From Iphione sp. A-MEVVRFRX5 (taxonomy: Eukaryota), in the NCBI GenBank assembly GCA_976226885.1, contig OZ320316.1, positions 88,660,001-88,724,000 of the forward strand: a stretch of DNA of 64,000 nucleotides. The letters are read 5' to 3'. Positions 14,601 to 29,700 of this stretch are shown here, piece by piece (position 1 is the stretch's first letter; each line of letters starts with the position of its first letter). The notes under the pieces were generated by a model that was not told where the DNA came from, made no database searches, and saw only the letters and a program-made list of their open reading frames with translations. Made by a program: the position numbers and the translations under genes.

Positions 14601-17249
14601 AGCAACGTTGTCTAAATTCTTCATCTAAGAGTATAGCCTGCCGGGAGCGTCTGTACCACTCCCACATACGCGTCTCCTAGGATCAATCGGTGCTAAGGAT
14701 ATGTACTGTAGGATTCTCTGCCAACGACATTACATTTCTATTCTCCAGTAGATCTTATTGTCGTCCCTTCATATTATTTTCAGCCGTAGCATTATTACAT
14801 TTGTGAAGAATCAACACAGATCTGCCTCTAGTCATCCGCTGTTAGTGAATGCAGTGGAACTTACAATGGCAAATGTTAAGCTCAGGCCTAGTAAAAAAAG
14901 TTCTGCGTTTCCGGTAACTCGATTGACCCTTATTAGGGTGGTAATGAAACTTTTTATTATATTTTTGTTTTGTGCATATCACTACGGTGAATAAAGATAG
15001 AGAGTCATACGATACACCACTGTTTTTTTAAAGTCACTAGCTTTAATATGGTTTAGTTTCAGGATCCTACAACACTGGACAAAAATACCACCTGCCGACC
15101 GATCCTCTATTTTGTCAGCTTGTTACCAGAAACACAGAACTGTTTTTACACCTTAGGTTTCATATTGCACCAATAGGTTCTAAGCAAAGGAAGGTCATTT
15201 AGGAAAAACAACTTGTGTACCAATGACCTGTGTGCACACAGTTTGCGCTGTCTAGTTATTTCTCTGATGCCCTATTTCTAACTAGTTTTTCGTCACAAGA
15301 CTTATTCATATTATAGCAATGTTATGTTCGACTTCATTAGTTTTTAGAGGAATCGATATTACTATAGCAGGTATGGCTTCTTTGAAAGCTATATGAAAAT
15401 ATTTTTCCAAAGGGCTTTGAACACATCAAAGATTACCGTTATAGAAATCTTACCATATTCCAGATGGAAAACAGAGTGGAAACATACCCAAAAAAGCGAA
15501 GGGAAAGAAGTACGTTCAGAGAATTATCAGTAGATCAAAGGTCTAATAGTGATAGTACATGAAGGTGTACAGAACTGGCAACGGTACAGGTGCCAGATTT
15601 ACTGTCTTTGATCCACTGAAGGGTTCGAGAATCAGATTGCGGACTTTGGAGCGTATCCTATGACAAAAACACATGCCACCTGCAGCGGTGTTTCCCGGAA
15701 AGGCAGAGAGTACCCCAGGCCTCTTTCTGTTATTGTCTCAGATGTAGATCCAGGTGTGCAGTCCGCCTGCATCCAACAATAGGCTGATTGGGTCAGGTGC
15801 GCCCGCCAGCCCAGCTACTCAGACTTTGCAGGCTCGCAATCACAGAAAACTCAGGGAGGCACATGCACAGTCAATGTCTCTATCCGACTGCAGATAATCT
15901 AATTTCATGAGATCTTTTCTCTTAAGCGTCCTTGTGTAAGTTCTTATACAAAAGCCGTGATTGGCGTATATAATCACTGCGCTCTGATCCTATTTTATCT
16001 GCTCGGGTGCACAAGTTTCAACAGGGTATCAGTCCAATGGTAAGCATTGAGCTATCTATAGAGGTACTATAAATAGGACATATACCTTCCGGCTTTCATA
16101 AAATACGATAGAGTCTCTCAACTGGGGACATCCTTGGTTCCCGGTGAAAATGCCTTGTACTTATGGGGTGTGCCCAGCTCTGGATGGTATTGTGTATGGT
16201 CAAAATATGATGCTGCACCAGTGAAGATTTTCCCCAGTCAATGGATATCCCCTGTCTTGGGTACCCCAGTTGTTGGGTTTTATGCATTTTCTGCACACAT
16301 GTAAAAGTGCAATACGACATTACTAAAATGAGCGCATCTTTATGGTACAGCACATACATGTACTGGCAAGACACTGCCACGTTATTGTTGAGTAGTGCCA
16401 AATTTTCCATAAAGAGTACTGGTATCTGTTTTAAATAGTTTTTATTATTAAATGGCGCAAATATCACACGTGACTTTCTAACGCATAGTAGCCATTACAG
16501 TTCACTTTCCGTCCATTAGTATGGAAAACGTTTCTACCGAGTCAAAGTTGAACAGGTACACTTATTGCCCAGAAATTGACCGGGTAATTAACATGATTAA
16601 TGCAGTTTCAACGGGAACTGGCGATACCTGTTCTAAATAGTTAATGTGGGTATTATCAGCTGCTCCCGTATCGGAGGCAGCCGGTGACAGGCTACCAGTG
16701 GCATCTATCACTAAGGTGTCATTCGCATTAGCGCGGTATCGATCAGCCCACATAAAGCCGCATCCATTTCCCCGTATAAAAATATCAAGCGAGTTCTAGA
16801 GCACCCCATAATTCGATTTCACAGATGAGACAAATGGCCTGTTTGGGACCGAGGTTTTTATTGCTCGACTTGGACGTGGCGTTTGAATGATTTCGAAATA
16901 AAAGCATTCATTTGAATTTCATCCTGGAACAGCAGTGCTCTTATGCCATCTATATACATGTATAAGGTTCACATTAACTGGAGTTAGTGATGCATTTCCT
17001 ATTACACATCACATTAAATCAGGTACTCTGAAACCTTTCGTTCAACCGGAGTGAGGTTACCACTTTATGTTCGGCATCAAGGCTTCACGTATATTTCATA
17101 AGGAAATAGATAGCAATGACGACATCAAGTCGTCCGTGGTTACATTCTCATGGACAGGCTGACCTATAATGAGGACCTTGGGTGTCACTTTCCCTACAGG
17201 CCATCAGTGATTCACAGAGGAGATTACAAATCACATGACCTCTGAGGTG

Positions 17250-17650
17250 AGCGGGTGACCTTTCGCCCCGACCCTACTGGCTACCATCCCTAGGAGAGCA
17301 CCTACCTCTATGAAACTTTAATCCTTGGCGCATGCTCTTACCGTAACAGTGTGAACGCGAACAAAGTCTGCATGGCACTTCAACCCTGACCTTCGGTGGG
17401 CCATAGTCGACGACAGCCATGTGTGGGTGTGTCTAATTTACACTGGCAGCGTCAGCCCCGGTCCGAACAGCACTCCCTTGGTAATTAGAGGCGGCCAGGC
17501 ACATCAAAGATTTCAAGTGAGTGGCTGAGCAACGGGAGACACCAGCAACATGGATGCTCTGGCCATGAATAGGGGATCAAAGATCAAAGCCGGATCAAAG
17601 CTAATCCCCCACCGATTCTTGAGACTCACAGCCACTCGTAGTCGGTGAAA
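17250..17650 (-). mobile_element. Decayed LINE RT fragment
   Basis: Minus strand reads ITKGVLFGPGLTLPV*IRH...LKCHAD, resembling GVPQGSVLGPLLF..YIND...ADD; heavily mutated. Confidence 0.3.
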
Positions 17651-20422
17651 CTAGCCCATCGCTTGGTCTGCTGTTGTCAGCAACCATTCTTCCCAGGCAA
17701 AGACTGGCTGCACATTTGCTAGTCCAGCTTAGCTTGGCTAGCTGTCAGAGTCTGGCAGATCGGAGATACACCTTGCACGGCAAATAGGGACGAACAATCT
17801 GTGCTGCCCTACATGAATTACATCGTCTCGTCTGGGAGATGGACTATTCTGAACTTCACTTCTTTGTCTTCGGTGCATATCATTACCACGTTTGGTTCAC
17901 TTTGTCTAGGTTTGATGAAATGATATAGATTAGATTACGATCTAAATAGACCTAGCGTCAAGGTGGGGGGTCCCTCTAAAACAAAGTGTTAAAGTAACGA
18001 CATGCTCATAGAAAACATTTACACAGGTCCACCAACGTATGCCTTCATTCCATTTTTGATATCAATATCCATATCAGCAGACCTAAAGAAAACAACCAGC
18101 AGGCGTCTCAACAGACCTAATAATCCGCATGAATAGTATTTGGCTACACTGGCCCATCCAATGGCACCCTTCCCTACATACTGATTTTATCACTTGCATA
18201 CGTCCGGTCGAACGGATTTATCCATCTACACCTCCGGCCACTTCCAAACATGAATGCTCTACAAAGAACTGCTTACCTCTACACCTATCATCCTAAGTCC
18301 TGTATATAATCACTTTCTGGTCCACAACACTGCGTAGTGTTCCCTGTAAATATGAAAATTTCGTGAACACTCATAGATTCTCCAAGAACCTTATCAGTTC
18401 CCATAAAGAGGTTGGCTATTTCGAGTTCTTCATCGAAAAAGTAATTCCTTTCAAAATAAGCTCATGACCTTTTTACCAATCTGATTTCTTGGACAGCTGT
18501 TGATTCCTCAATGGCAACAAAATTACAACCCAAATTAAAAACTAAGAAAGCATCGTCCAAATCAAAAAGAAAATATAAAATCGCATACTCTGTACTCTTT
18601 CACAATTCCACGTTGGTGCTGCATCAAGATCACGCACGGAATGTGTTCTGATTGTTTATAATCGCTTTTTTCGTATTGCCGTGGTATTTTTCTGGTAGGT
18701 GGGACTGCCCTTGCGGTTTGAGTAACCGTGTTTGCTTGACGTATAAAAGATATACAATGGTTTATATTGAGAAGCACTTTGTTGAGTTTTTAACTTTGCG
18801 ATACATAGTATAGCAACATCATACTCGACATGACAAATTGAGCTAAATAAAAACAAAAATTTTGAACGGTTGATCACTTCTGAATTGGCACCGTTCTTCA
18901 TATTAAAAATCCAGTATACATCTATATGATTGCTACATAAAAATTGGATTGTTGGTTCTGAGAATGTGCGATTTATGTTATTAGGAATAAATAGAGGAAT
19001 GGAGATATATTTAATGAAGTAGGCCAGGTACTCGAGTAGTCTTAGTTCTATAGATTGCATGTATACAGTGTTAAGGTTTTGATTAGAACGTGTTACATGT
19101 GTATTGTATATGGACTTCTATCCTAATGGAGTGCTAATTTTTTCTTATGAGTATTAAATAGTAAGCGTGCAGGTGTCTTGATTCTATTCAAGGAACCTTC
19201 CAGCTCTTATTGTGATTTATTAATCAATACTAATTAACAATAAGTTTATTATATACATTATGTCTTTATGCATATATATTCAAACCCTGCAATCAGGAGA
19301 CTTGCCATCTAGATTTTCTCTTCCCTTTATTCGGATGATTTTAAAGAAACAGGCACTTCTTCCTTTGAATATTCATGTTTATTAAAACCGAAGTGTTCCG
19401 TATCCGACTGAAACAATACAGAACATAGCAACATGGCTATGTTATCCACCTTTCATCCCTTTCATCAAATTCCATACATTGAGAACCTAAGTTTTAACTA
19501 TGAATTTGCATTTTATCGCTGAATATCAAGACAGCCTATGGGATGGTTCATTAGACGTTGGCAATGATAAATGACACCTAGGGGAATTAAATGTAATATT
19601 TATCTGCAATTTCACTTTCTCCTCACACAAAGATCAGGTAAAGCTATTTCATATATCACCAGCAGTAGGTTCCGTGTGGTCTTTAACGAGAATCACGCTG
19701 TGCTACCATATATTTTGCACAACTCCAATACGTGTCACCCTAATCGGCGCCTATGTTTCTGCTCCTATTTCGGCTCTTTTCAAAACATAACCTCCTGTCC
19801 CTCTTTCAGGATTTGACGCTGGCGACTGATGAATCACTGTGGATCGGGTCTTGTGTCTCTCCTCAAAGCAGAGGGTCCTGAGTTATGACAGGATTGCATG
19901 GAGACCGTCAGCGGTGCCTTTGTTGCGCGGAAGCCATCGATCGTCAGGACGAGTCAAAATCAAACAGCGCACCGCCAGCCGTCACGGAAACGACTCGGAC
20001 GAATGCAAGGCGCAACTGTCACCGCGCCGACGTTGCTTTCCCTAGCATCGATTGGTGACGACCCGGCGGCGTGCGCTGACACCATCGGCGGTTACAGCCG
20101 CTTCTTGGCTGACCTTGACGCCACCGTAGGTGTGACGCACTCCCGGTACATGCCATCCGGGACTCGCTCACATCAACTGTCATGAACAAGCTATCAAAGG
20201 CGATGGTAGTTCCCTGTGGCCTGACCAGTAGATATTTCTCACAAGAACGCCTTGAAGTTGGCAAGGTCCTCCTCTGAAGAAATGAACCGCGCCAGCTTCA
20301 TCACTTTGCAGAGGGGAAAAAAAGAACTCCCGGTTTAATTAATTATTCACGAAACGAGTTAGATGTACTGCAAGTTTCCAAGGCAGTTGAGTAACAGAAA
20401 TGGTCGTCATGTCGAGCACGCC

Positions 20423-20707
20423 TCACACCTTCGCAATTTTCTCGCTGTACATGAACACCTGTAATGTGAAATTTGCGTGGCTGGAAACAGCGGCTTGGTA
20501 ATTGACGAGCGTGCGCCAATTGTAAGGCGGCCGGACGGCGTGTCCGTTACATATCCATTGGGAGAAGCTTCCCACAGCAGAGGCGGTTAGATGATTGCCA
20601 CGTGCCAGGAAATCTGCCCTAGGAAGACCGAGAGCATAACATACAGCTGTCAAGCTGAGACCTTGTTCAAGCTTGGAGAGAAGCGAACGTGATGTATCAC
20701 ATTTCAA
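20423..20707 (-). pseudogene. Possible degenerate death-domain-like coding fragment
   Basis: ORF reads VCYALGLPRADF...SFSQWICNGHAVRPPYNWRTLV, resembling death-fold helices (LG..LGL....I ... W..G....P.TW.TLV); no clear exon context. Confidence 0.25.
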
Positions 20708-23700
20708 ACAAACAACCTCTGAAGCTTGACAAAGGCATGAATATTCCTCTTCTCCTTATTCAAATACAAATAGATAATGAAAGAGCAGCTGATGCCAAAC
20801 ACAACCATTCTTATTTTGGCGAACACGAAGGCGGGGAAGGAGAGTCCTCGCGATGGGTTAATTCGGTGACTAATTAGTTATGATTTTAGGTTGGTGGGGT
20901 GCCGTTTGTCTGTGGGACGCTGCATCATACTTGACCCGGGTCGTTTCCAATGCGTGCATTTATGGCACCATCTGTGACGAAATCATTACTTTTACATTAG
21001 CAGGTAACTCGACAACGCGTGAAAACGTGACGAAAGCTTTGTGCCAGACACGCGCCGCATGCAATATGAATGGACGTTATTCGTCCACGGGAAAGGCATA
21101 TTAGGCCGCGCGATAGATGTTAAACAGACTTGTGTGCAGACTGTGTGGCAAGAGCCACAATTTGAGTATATAAATGAAAACTCATTGCCAATCCATGATG
21201 GTCCACCGAGGTAAACGCTGATTGCGATTTCAAAGCGTTTACCGGGAATCCCGTCGTCTTGCACGCATTTGCGTTTCAGATTGTCGCTGCTACTTGAAAA
21301 CATGGCCGAGGCGGCGGATTATGTGAACGATAAAAGCCTTTCCTTTCCACACTACTAGTAAGGATTGGAACGTGACATTTGTTGTGAGGCAATCAACGGA
21401 CAGGAAGACCCTGGTCTCTTCAGCCACTGCAAGAACACGCTAAGAGACGCAACATCTGCCTAATGGCCGTGCTAAGTGAGGGAATGAGAGCTTGTAAACA
21501 TTCTTGGCGACAGGTGACAGCCAGGTGAGCTTACCAGCCCCCTCCAGGTACACGACCTTCTCCTGTAGCACTGTGGATGTCTCCAGTTCCCAGCGCCAGC
21601 TTAATGGATCGTGCTCGTCGCGCCACCGCGTGACGGCTGGGTAAACGACAGTTGGCGCTCAGTAGGGGAGTTGGCAGAGGGCATGGGCCAGCCCTGCGGC
21701 GCCGAGCATCAGGCGAGTCCTAAAGGGGCAGCGGGCCAAACGGTACGCAGGGCATCAAGAGAACACTGAATCAAACCCAATCGAACGACCGCCGGTAGGA
21801 GGACAGGAAGCAGCGTGAATTGGATAGAGCTTGTAAGTAAATCTATGCTCTAAACGGCCAGCCCATTTATATAATGATTCAAAACGAAGGAATTATCTCC
21901 CTTGGACACACATGCCCTACTTTCCAATTCGCAATCATGAAAACAGGGTCTTACAATTAAGTCGATTGAAAAGGCGACATGGACTTTTTAAGATCCTCAG
22001 AAATGTACGACGGATGAATGAGGTAGATCTTTGCAATATTTTTGCTCTCACAGGAGGAGCATTTACAACCTGCTCTGTAATAAACGTTCTGAAAGACGCA
22101 AATACATTATGCACCAAAAGCCAAACACTGGCAAAAGTCACATTAAAGGGTCTGGTAAGATTATTTTTGCGTTTCATTAGTTTTAACTAGAAAATAATCC
22201 TAAGAAAAAATGGTAATGCAGAGATCATACAGTTCAACGGAGCCACGAGGCACTTAGAGGCTATGCTTTACTGATATTAGCAGGGTCAGTACAGCCAGGG
22301 TGCAGTTCTTCTGCTTGAGATGCACTGTAGGCTTTCGGCAGGATATTGGTCTAGGTCCCCAAAGAAGACAAGCGGATTGAAAAGAGGGCCTGGTATGGCG
22401 CGGAAGTGGACTCGGAAAGGGTCTCACGAAAGAGAGCCTGCTTCCCTGCTGCTGTTCATTGGTTTCTCGTACTTGTGACTAGATCTGAATTGCCTTTAGA
22501 GGGAAAGGAGCAATTACTGAACTCCTACCTGCGAAATACGTGTTAGTGAAGGGCGAAAGGAGCCGTTCTACCATATTGTGAAAAAGGAAAACTAGAACGT
22601 TGTCTTTTTGAGAAAGCTAATAAGACTCTTAGGAAAAGTGTCATTAAGTAGCCCCTCCACAAATATGTAGGAAATATCATGTTTGAAAATGAGACTGCAT
22701 TTGAAGATATTCATAAATGAATGCAATGGTGTTCCTTATTTCAGAATCTATCAAGTAAAGACAGTATTGTTAGAGGAAAGCCACGTTCTTAGCATCAGAC
22801 TCTGCCAAATCTAAACTCTGTTACCAGAGGAAGACCCTGTTCTTGAAGCAAGATATTCATCTTTATTCAGTTAACATACATTTTTGATGCATATGCATCT
22901 ATAGTTATATAACTAAGGTTTCATTATCAAGCGCTATCATTTTTGATAATTTCTGCCTTATTCCCTACTTTCCAAGTTAGAGATCATGTTTCAATGTTAA
23001 GTACAGAACCCAAGGATGAGGAAGAAAAATCTTTCATGGGGTGGTCCCTGCCTTTGTGTACATTCTTCGCACTTGATATTTGTGCTATAGCTCATAGACG
23101 TAGTTTCGGTTGTGGAATAATAGTTTCACAATATACAAAACAAATACATGTAATATGATACAATAACCGCCCAATATGCGACCAATATACTGAAATTTTA
23201 CAAAAGCATTGTCTCAGTAAATAAAAGTACATGACTTTGTATATCATTCATGACCAATATTGTCAATCATACCCTGAGCATAAAATCACAGTGGCAGATT
23301 TCAGAGCAGAGTTAACATAGAACATAGGTATTATAACGGCAACCGCATAGATGCACAACAGCTACCTCTGTAAACATGTGGGAACAAGTAGCCTTCCTGA
23401 TAATCCATCGCGCAGTATCCACAGTTTTAACCACCATTTGTGGTATGGTTCTCCTCTTACAAGTAAGTTTCTCTTAATTACACGTATCTGTTTTACCTAG
23501 CAGATTCATTGCGACACCATTTCAAGACTTTGAAAAAGTCTTCAGATAAGCTGTTTTTTGCCTCTTGAATATTCACTTCATACATTTCAGAATTATCCCA
23601 AGGGTAATAGTATTATAATATTGAGAGAATAAAGAAACATGGGTTCTCAGGTAAAAAAAATGTTTAAAAATGAAATTGCATGATTTCCTGTTAATGTTCT

Positions 23701-23899
23701 TTCCTAACTCTTGATGCCTCGTGTCACTTTGTCGTATTTTGACGGATGCAAGTAGTTTTGAATAACAATTTATCACCAATTTCGTTAAAATAGTCAGCTA
23801 CTTCCTGGACGATAATCCGACAGCATAAAACGAAACTAATTAATCTTAATGCAGGCGTGAGGAGTTATTGACGGGTTTCTTCCATAATGGGCCATTAGA

Positions 23900-24400
23900 G
23901 GGGGCTTCCAGCTTTAGATAATTGTAGCATTGTCCTAACGCTGCCATGACGGATTGCAGAGCCTGATGTCAATCTGAAAGGGACTATACATATTTTCGCC
24001 CTTCATTTCCGCTCGTTCCTATAATTATTTCTTACCGGGGTGGGGGTTCCCTCCAACAGTACCACTATCTTTATTCCTGGGTAGACCCCACAGGGGACGT
24101 GCTTAAAACAATAGGCACATCGCACTCTTGCATGAGACTGTGATCGCCTTGTAAATTTGCCCCTAATCACATCCCCCGCTGCGGCTACCTCAGTATGATG
24201 TCTCCCATCATTGGCGCGAGGTGGCTCTTTCTCACAGGTCGGCAGAAGGGATGTTCACGGCTATAACACCTGTAGCAATACCCCCGCCATTTTTGCCCCA
24301 TCATCTCGCCCGGTTGACCACGCCAGGTAATGACTGTCCGGAGATAATGTGGCCGACTGCTGTGTCCTGGGAGATGGCACACGGCAGGCTTTGTCTAAAT
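23900..24400 (-). mobile_element. Possible decayed LINE (endonuclease to RT) fragment
   Basis: NRAR*WGKNGGGIATGVIAVNIPS resembles APE-endonuclease DR...GGGVA.YV; SPFQIDIR about 23970 resembles DPLQFGFR. Very degraded. Confidence 0.2.
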
Positions 24401-25436
24401 GGCTCGCCTTGATGCAGCCTTGAGTGGCCGAACCCAGAGGCGCAGACAAAGATGGCTGCCGGAGGGCGGCCCGCATCATGATTCACTCTTTGAAGGTGCA
24501 CTCAAATTTCACCACTAGGGGAACAGTGAACCAGGGGACGGCTTTGTGTCCTGCGGCTGCTGACCACAGCACAATGACCTGTACTGTCCATCGTCCGTCT
24601 GACGAGCTCACGCTCTGGTTACTTGTGCAGAGGTGGCTGTAACGGTAGAAAAGGACAAGAACAGATAACCCCGCTGTTCTAATGTCCTCTAGCGAAGGCC
24701 GGCATAATCCCCAACCAGGCTATTATCAAGAATAACAAAATAATCTTAGAAGCCTGCCATTTTTAATCGAAAATCACATCACCAAGGCGGATCAAAACCT
24801 AATGCTCGGTAGCATGTGTGAGAGGATTCTGGGAGGTTCAATATGGTATTCTGTGTGTCAAAGATGATCAGTCCCGCAAGGCGCTGCGGCTTAATCTTAC
24901 TGACAGCAACAGATAAACTAACTCTGCGCTCTTTCTCCAGCTCGTATAATCCTTCCCCACGGCAAAGAACTAAAGGTCAATTGTCTTCCCTTTTCCTGAA
25001 GCTGTTCGAAAGGGTTTCTCTAAGGTCAAGTCCATGAAGCAGTGCAGACGTCTGGAACCTTTTTCATTTCGTTAGATTAAGTTTGATATCAATCTTTAGT
25101 CAGACAATCTTCATCCTCTGCTCACGTATGAAGTTTTCGTGTCTGAAATGTCTGCTGAATTGGATGGACCATTTGCTATATTCAATCAATTTAAACCTAA
25201 TAAGCTCAAATGTACAACCATACATAGCTATTTTATGCGAATAGCAGGAAAATGTATAATATATAGATCCGATAGAAATATTCTTACTCGACGTAAACAA
25301 CTGCAGAGCTTCTACAATATAAGTGGCTTAAAACTGCATCGTAAAATTGCTTCCTATGACTAAGTACACCCAGCATGGGGCTCAGATTGCAATGGGACAG
25401 TAATGTTTTAGAATGACCACCCCTTGCTTACAAAAA

Positions 25437-25950
25437 TCAATATGTCTTCGCGGGCAGGCTCAGGATTTCCGACTGTGGAGTGACACTGGCCATTCTAGCC
25501 GCAAAGGGACAGGAAGAAGGATTACTACGTTCATCTCCAACTGCCAACTTTTTACTGGCCATCAGCAGTTTAACGCGGGTAGACCTATTCAGGAGAGTAC
25601 ATCCGCGGTAAAGGTATGGGGAACTGGAATCCTCCGGGAAGAGCGCTAAGATCGGGGCAGAAATAGGATCCACGGTTATCGATCGTTTTGGAAAATGGCA
25701 CCTTTTCATACTCACGCGAGGCTTTATTTTTCTTTTCAATGTGTCTAAGTCACCCAGTCGGGGCTTGTGTGGCAATGCCCGGAACAGCTTCGGCGATGGC
25801 AATGGCTACAGTGCCGGGCATTGTTTGGAGCTTCCTACATTGCCGGACGGTTCTTCTCCTAAATTCAGTCAGCGGGAAAGGACACGGGATGCTTTGAGAG
25901 TTGATAGTCAGGAATGCACAACGAGTATGCGGCCAGGCTTGCCGTATTGA
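25437..25950 (-). mobile_element. Decayed tyrosine-recombinase ORF fragment (YR retrotransposon relic)
   Basis: ORF 25437-25802 reads SITVDPISAPILALF...SSSPYLY...AVGDERSNPSSCPFAARMAS, colinear with the YR C-terminal pattern IP...PLCPV..L...SPLF...G.DP..YSSHSFRRGAAS; catalytic H and R are lost. Confidence 0.3.
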
Positions 25951-28900
25951 AGCCGCCCTAAATCTGACCACGCTATCCTCACCGGCTAAATGGAGGCACA
26001 ATAATAGGCAACCCATTTGGCCATGATCGACGAAAAACCAGGCTAAAATGTGGCCTAAATTGAACGCCCACTTGCCTTAAACCTCCCTTGACAGTGCCAT
26101 CTATTTGAAGATTGTCGGTTGGCCCTCGGATACGGTCGGTCTTCGACTCATTCACTAATGTTTGTAGGCAGAGTAAGAGGTGGGTATTGACTGTGACGGG
26201 CCCTGTTTGTACCCATCATTTCTTGTTAGGGACTTTCGTGGACGGTGGCTTCTAGATGCAGCAGGGACCATGGCCTCCTTGATCGAAGTCAATGTACCTC
26301 GAAACCGTTAGGGTGCTAGCTGACACTGACGGGCTATAATCAGTCCTCCGAGGCACAAAATCTTATACAGTAAAGATTCGTATGATCCTCTATAACAAAG
26401 AAGAAGGGAAAGGGACAAAGAGACAACAGTGCCTTCAGAATAAACACATTTCACAATTATTATCTTATCTTTCCCTTAGATATTCCGTATACCGAGGCTG
26501 ATCCGTCTGAGTGAACACCAGCCTTTCTGACGTCAGATATGAATTTTAAAGCACTCAATACGTCTGCTAATTACAAATTTGAACACCAAACGGCACATGT
26601 AGTGCATGGCTTTTTACTAACGAAGATCACGTGACTCACGGCATAGTTGCTTATCTCTTCATGCTTCGCTAAGTAACACAATCCCCGAGGACAAGGCACA
26701 CGCCATGCTAGTAATCAGGAAAAGTCGTTCTCCTCATTTCCGAATAAAAGAAATCCATCCTAAAGGAATGCCGTCAGATGGGACACACAAGCACGCATCC
26801 ACTCCCACACGCCGACACACACGTGCACACCAAAAATACTGCTAAGGGAACCAAATCTGATCTCTTAAAAGACACAGACATATGCTATGCACGAGACCAT
26901 CGGTTTTATAAAAGCATTTGTGGCAGCTGATCAAACATTCTGCCGTGAATAATGGCGGAAGCCGGCGGCTAAGATATCCGCACATCAATTATCATAATTT
27001 TTACCCCTGCCAATAAATTAAAAACTGAATGAAATCGGAGTAAAACCTTCCTGATATGTCCAGATGTCCAACTTTAGATAGTAGATGCTCTCGGAATAAG
27101 GGTTTGGATCAGGTAATTCAAATGATTAAACACATCTAAAACGGTGGGATCTGGGACAAAAATGGTGCAGAACTTTAATTTTCAATCTCGAAAGAAACAA
27201 CGTATTTGCCCCTGGGAAAATTAGTTTTAAATTGGGGATTGTGGTTTCTTTACTTCACATCCGTCAATATAATGAGAATATTTTTTTCAGGTAGCTTGTC
27301 GGTGCGGGAGCATTTTCATCGTATCTTTCCATTCATTGCTCTAAGCAATAAATTAGGGGTACCTTCTCTGAGCATGTTACATGCTATATCATTTATTGAA
27401 AATATCGAACGGTCGCCCAATCGCTATGGGAACGTATAAAAAGAGCAATTGTGGTTGACTTAAGTTCTGCACCTTGCTATTGTAATGATAATAGCCTCTA
27501 TGAATTACTCTCTCTGTGGATACGTGTCACACTTCTCGGATGATTACGCAAAAGCCATTATTCATTACGAAGGACAGCGGCCTTTCTATACTTACACCAA
27601 TACATCTACACGTCAATTACAAATATCGTAAGTCATACTGCTACTGTTTCATTGTTCGACCTTTTTGTATATCTTTTAATATAATCCCGGATACTTCATT
27701 CTTTTCCTCTCGATGTTTTGCATAATTTTCGTACATGAAGCGGAATTTTAACAAAATAGGCCAAGAGAACGGTGTCTAGGTAATGCAATACACGTCACCT
27801 AAAATGCACATTATTTTATTGTTCTCCAGACTGCAGGATGGATGTGAAGAGTATTGTTATGAGGGACAGACCTGAGGCTGATAATTCTCCTTTCAATAAC
27901 CTGGCCATTGTTCACCAGCAGACTTGCCAAGCCGACATTGTAAACAGGATAAATGATCACCACTTTACTGTGCGTAACCGAACTACATTTCTCATTTCGA
28001 CTCGTAAATTCCAGCCACTGACATTATTAGTGAAGTTTTAAGTAAGTATGATTCATAACGCCCTGATAATAACTTGATTAGCAAGACACGAGGACGGCAT
28101 CGGTAGTAGGAGCATGTTCTATAAGCGCCCGCTTCAATACAAGAGAAGCATCCATCAAACCACCTCTTGGCGGCATGCATGGGGTCAGTAGGAGAGGACT
28201 TTCAAGGAGGTGCATCCGGCCTATCAGCACTGCCAGTCAGAAGCTGTCAGAGGTGAAGAACAACACTAACAGACAGCTACACCAGAGATATGGATCTAAC
28301 CCATGCCAAATCAACAATAAGTCCCTTTATCTTGATGAACAAATGCAAATCATTCCGTGTTTCCTAAACATTCCTTAGCACAAACCTTCAGATTTGTATT
28401 ACTTTGAAGCCACTGAACTGATCAGCGAGCTTTCATACAAAACATCTACGGCACTAGGAGCCAGTTTCTGGTCCTAAGGCCTCATACGGACATGGCTTCG
28501 TAAAAATACGGATCAGTTTTCTTGAGACATGATACTTGTCGATAGAAAAATTTCCGAAATTTATTGTTGGCTGTTGACTGAAAAAAACTAAAGGATACAT
28601 ATGATAATATGAAATACGTGCTTGGTATTTTGAATGGCAGACTGACCGTCCCCCTCCTGAAAATCGATTAATTTCTTCAATTTCCTAGAAACTTATCTAC
28701 GCACTACTTACTCCCTCTCACCATACACACTGCATCTTGTTTGCAACCTGTAGCTTATATCTAGAGTGGCAGTAAAATGGGTTTGCCCTGATTGATTTAA
28801 TACCCCCAATCCATATACTACTTACAATTTCGGCGCATGTTCTGTAGTTGTCAGTTAGTCGGGTTTGGTGTGGGCTTGTATGGAATTTAAGACTCTTTCT

Positions 28901-29099
28901 AGGCGGAAAAGGTGAATCGTGAGAAGTAGAAGTAATTACATGTATTTTATGTACTGTTTACGCCAGCCAGAGCACTTATATCATCCCTAAGTATTTAATG
29001 TTTTACTAATTGTCTTGCTTAATACATTTATAGTATGTCGATTATATTGTGGGATGAAATAATAATTGATCTCGGTAATACTGTTTCAAATTAAGTAAA

Positions 29100-29700
29100 C
29101 ATTCCTCTTTAAATTCTGTAAGGCCTTTGGTGTATTCCATCGTGAAAAAACACATTGAAAGCCATCGGAGCTAATGCTTCATTGATTTTCCCGAAAGCTC
29201 ATTTGTCATAGCCAACTACTTTGCCTTTGCCATCCCTCTTTGTAATACTTGTGCCCCGGCCCAATCAAAGTACCCCTTAACTCTACGATGCCTTCCTGCA
29301 AGCAAACTAATTTGTTTCCATTTTTCTTTTATCGTTTGATGTTAACCACAAAAAATACGTCCATTTAAAATATGCTTTTACACACTCGACTCTCCTGAAA
29401 GATTAATCCTACTCCAATTATCTCACTCCTTTAAGCACTCGATGTTAGGTACAGTATATATTAGAACATTAGTATCTAACACCGTGGATAATACTGGGCG
29501 ATAAGAATATTGCGACAAATATTTATTTAGGGTCCAAAACATATCAGCTGCATTTGAGTCAGAACGCTTGCATTGGCGGCATTCAGTGACTGCCAGTAAC
29601 AGCAGGAATTCTTACGGCCTTTCATGAATTATCCTTATTGGATTTGTTTCTTATGCATTATAATGTAACAAGTCGCATTGGGCATTCATATATCAACAGT
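29100..29700 (-). mobile_element. Possible decayed LINE RT C-terminal fragment
   Basis: Minus-strand spacing and residues loosely follow the LINE RT thumb/C-terminal pattern; no long ORF remains. Confidence 0.2.
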
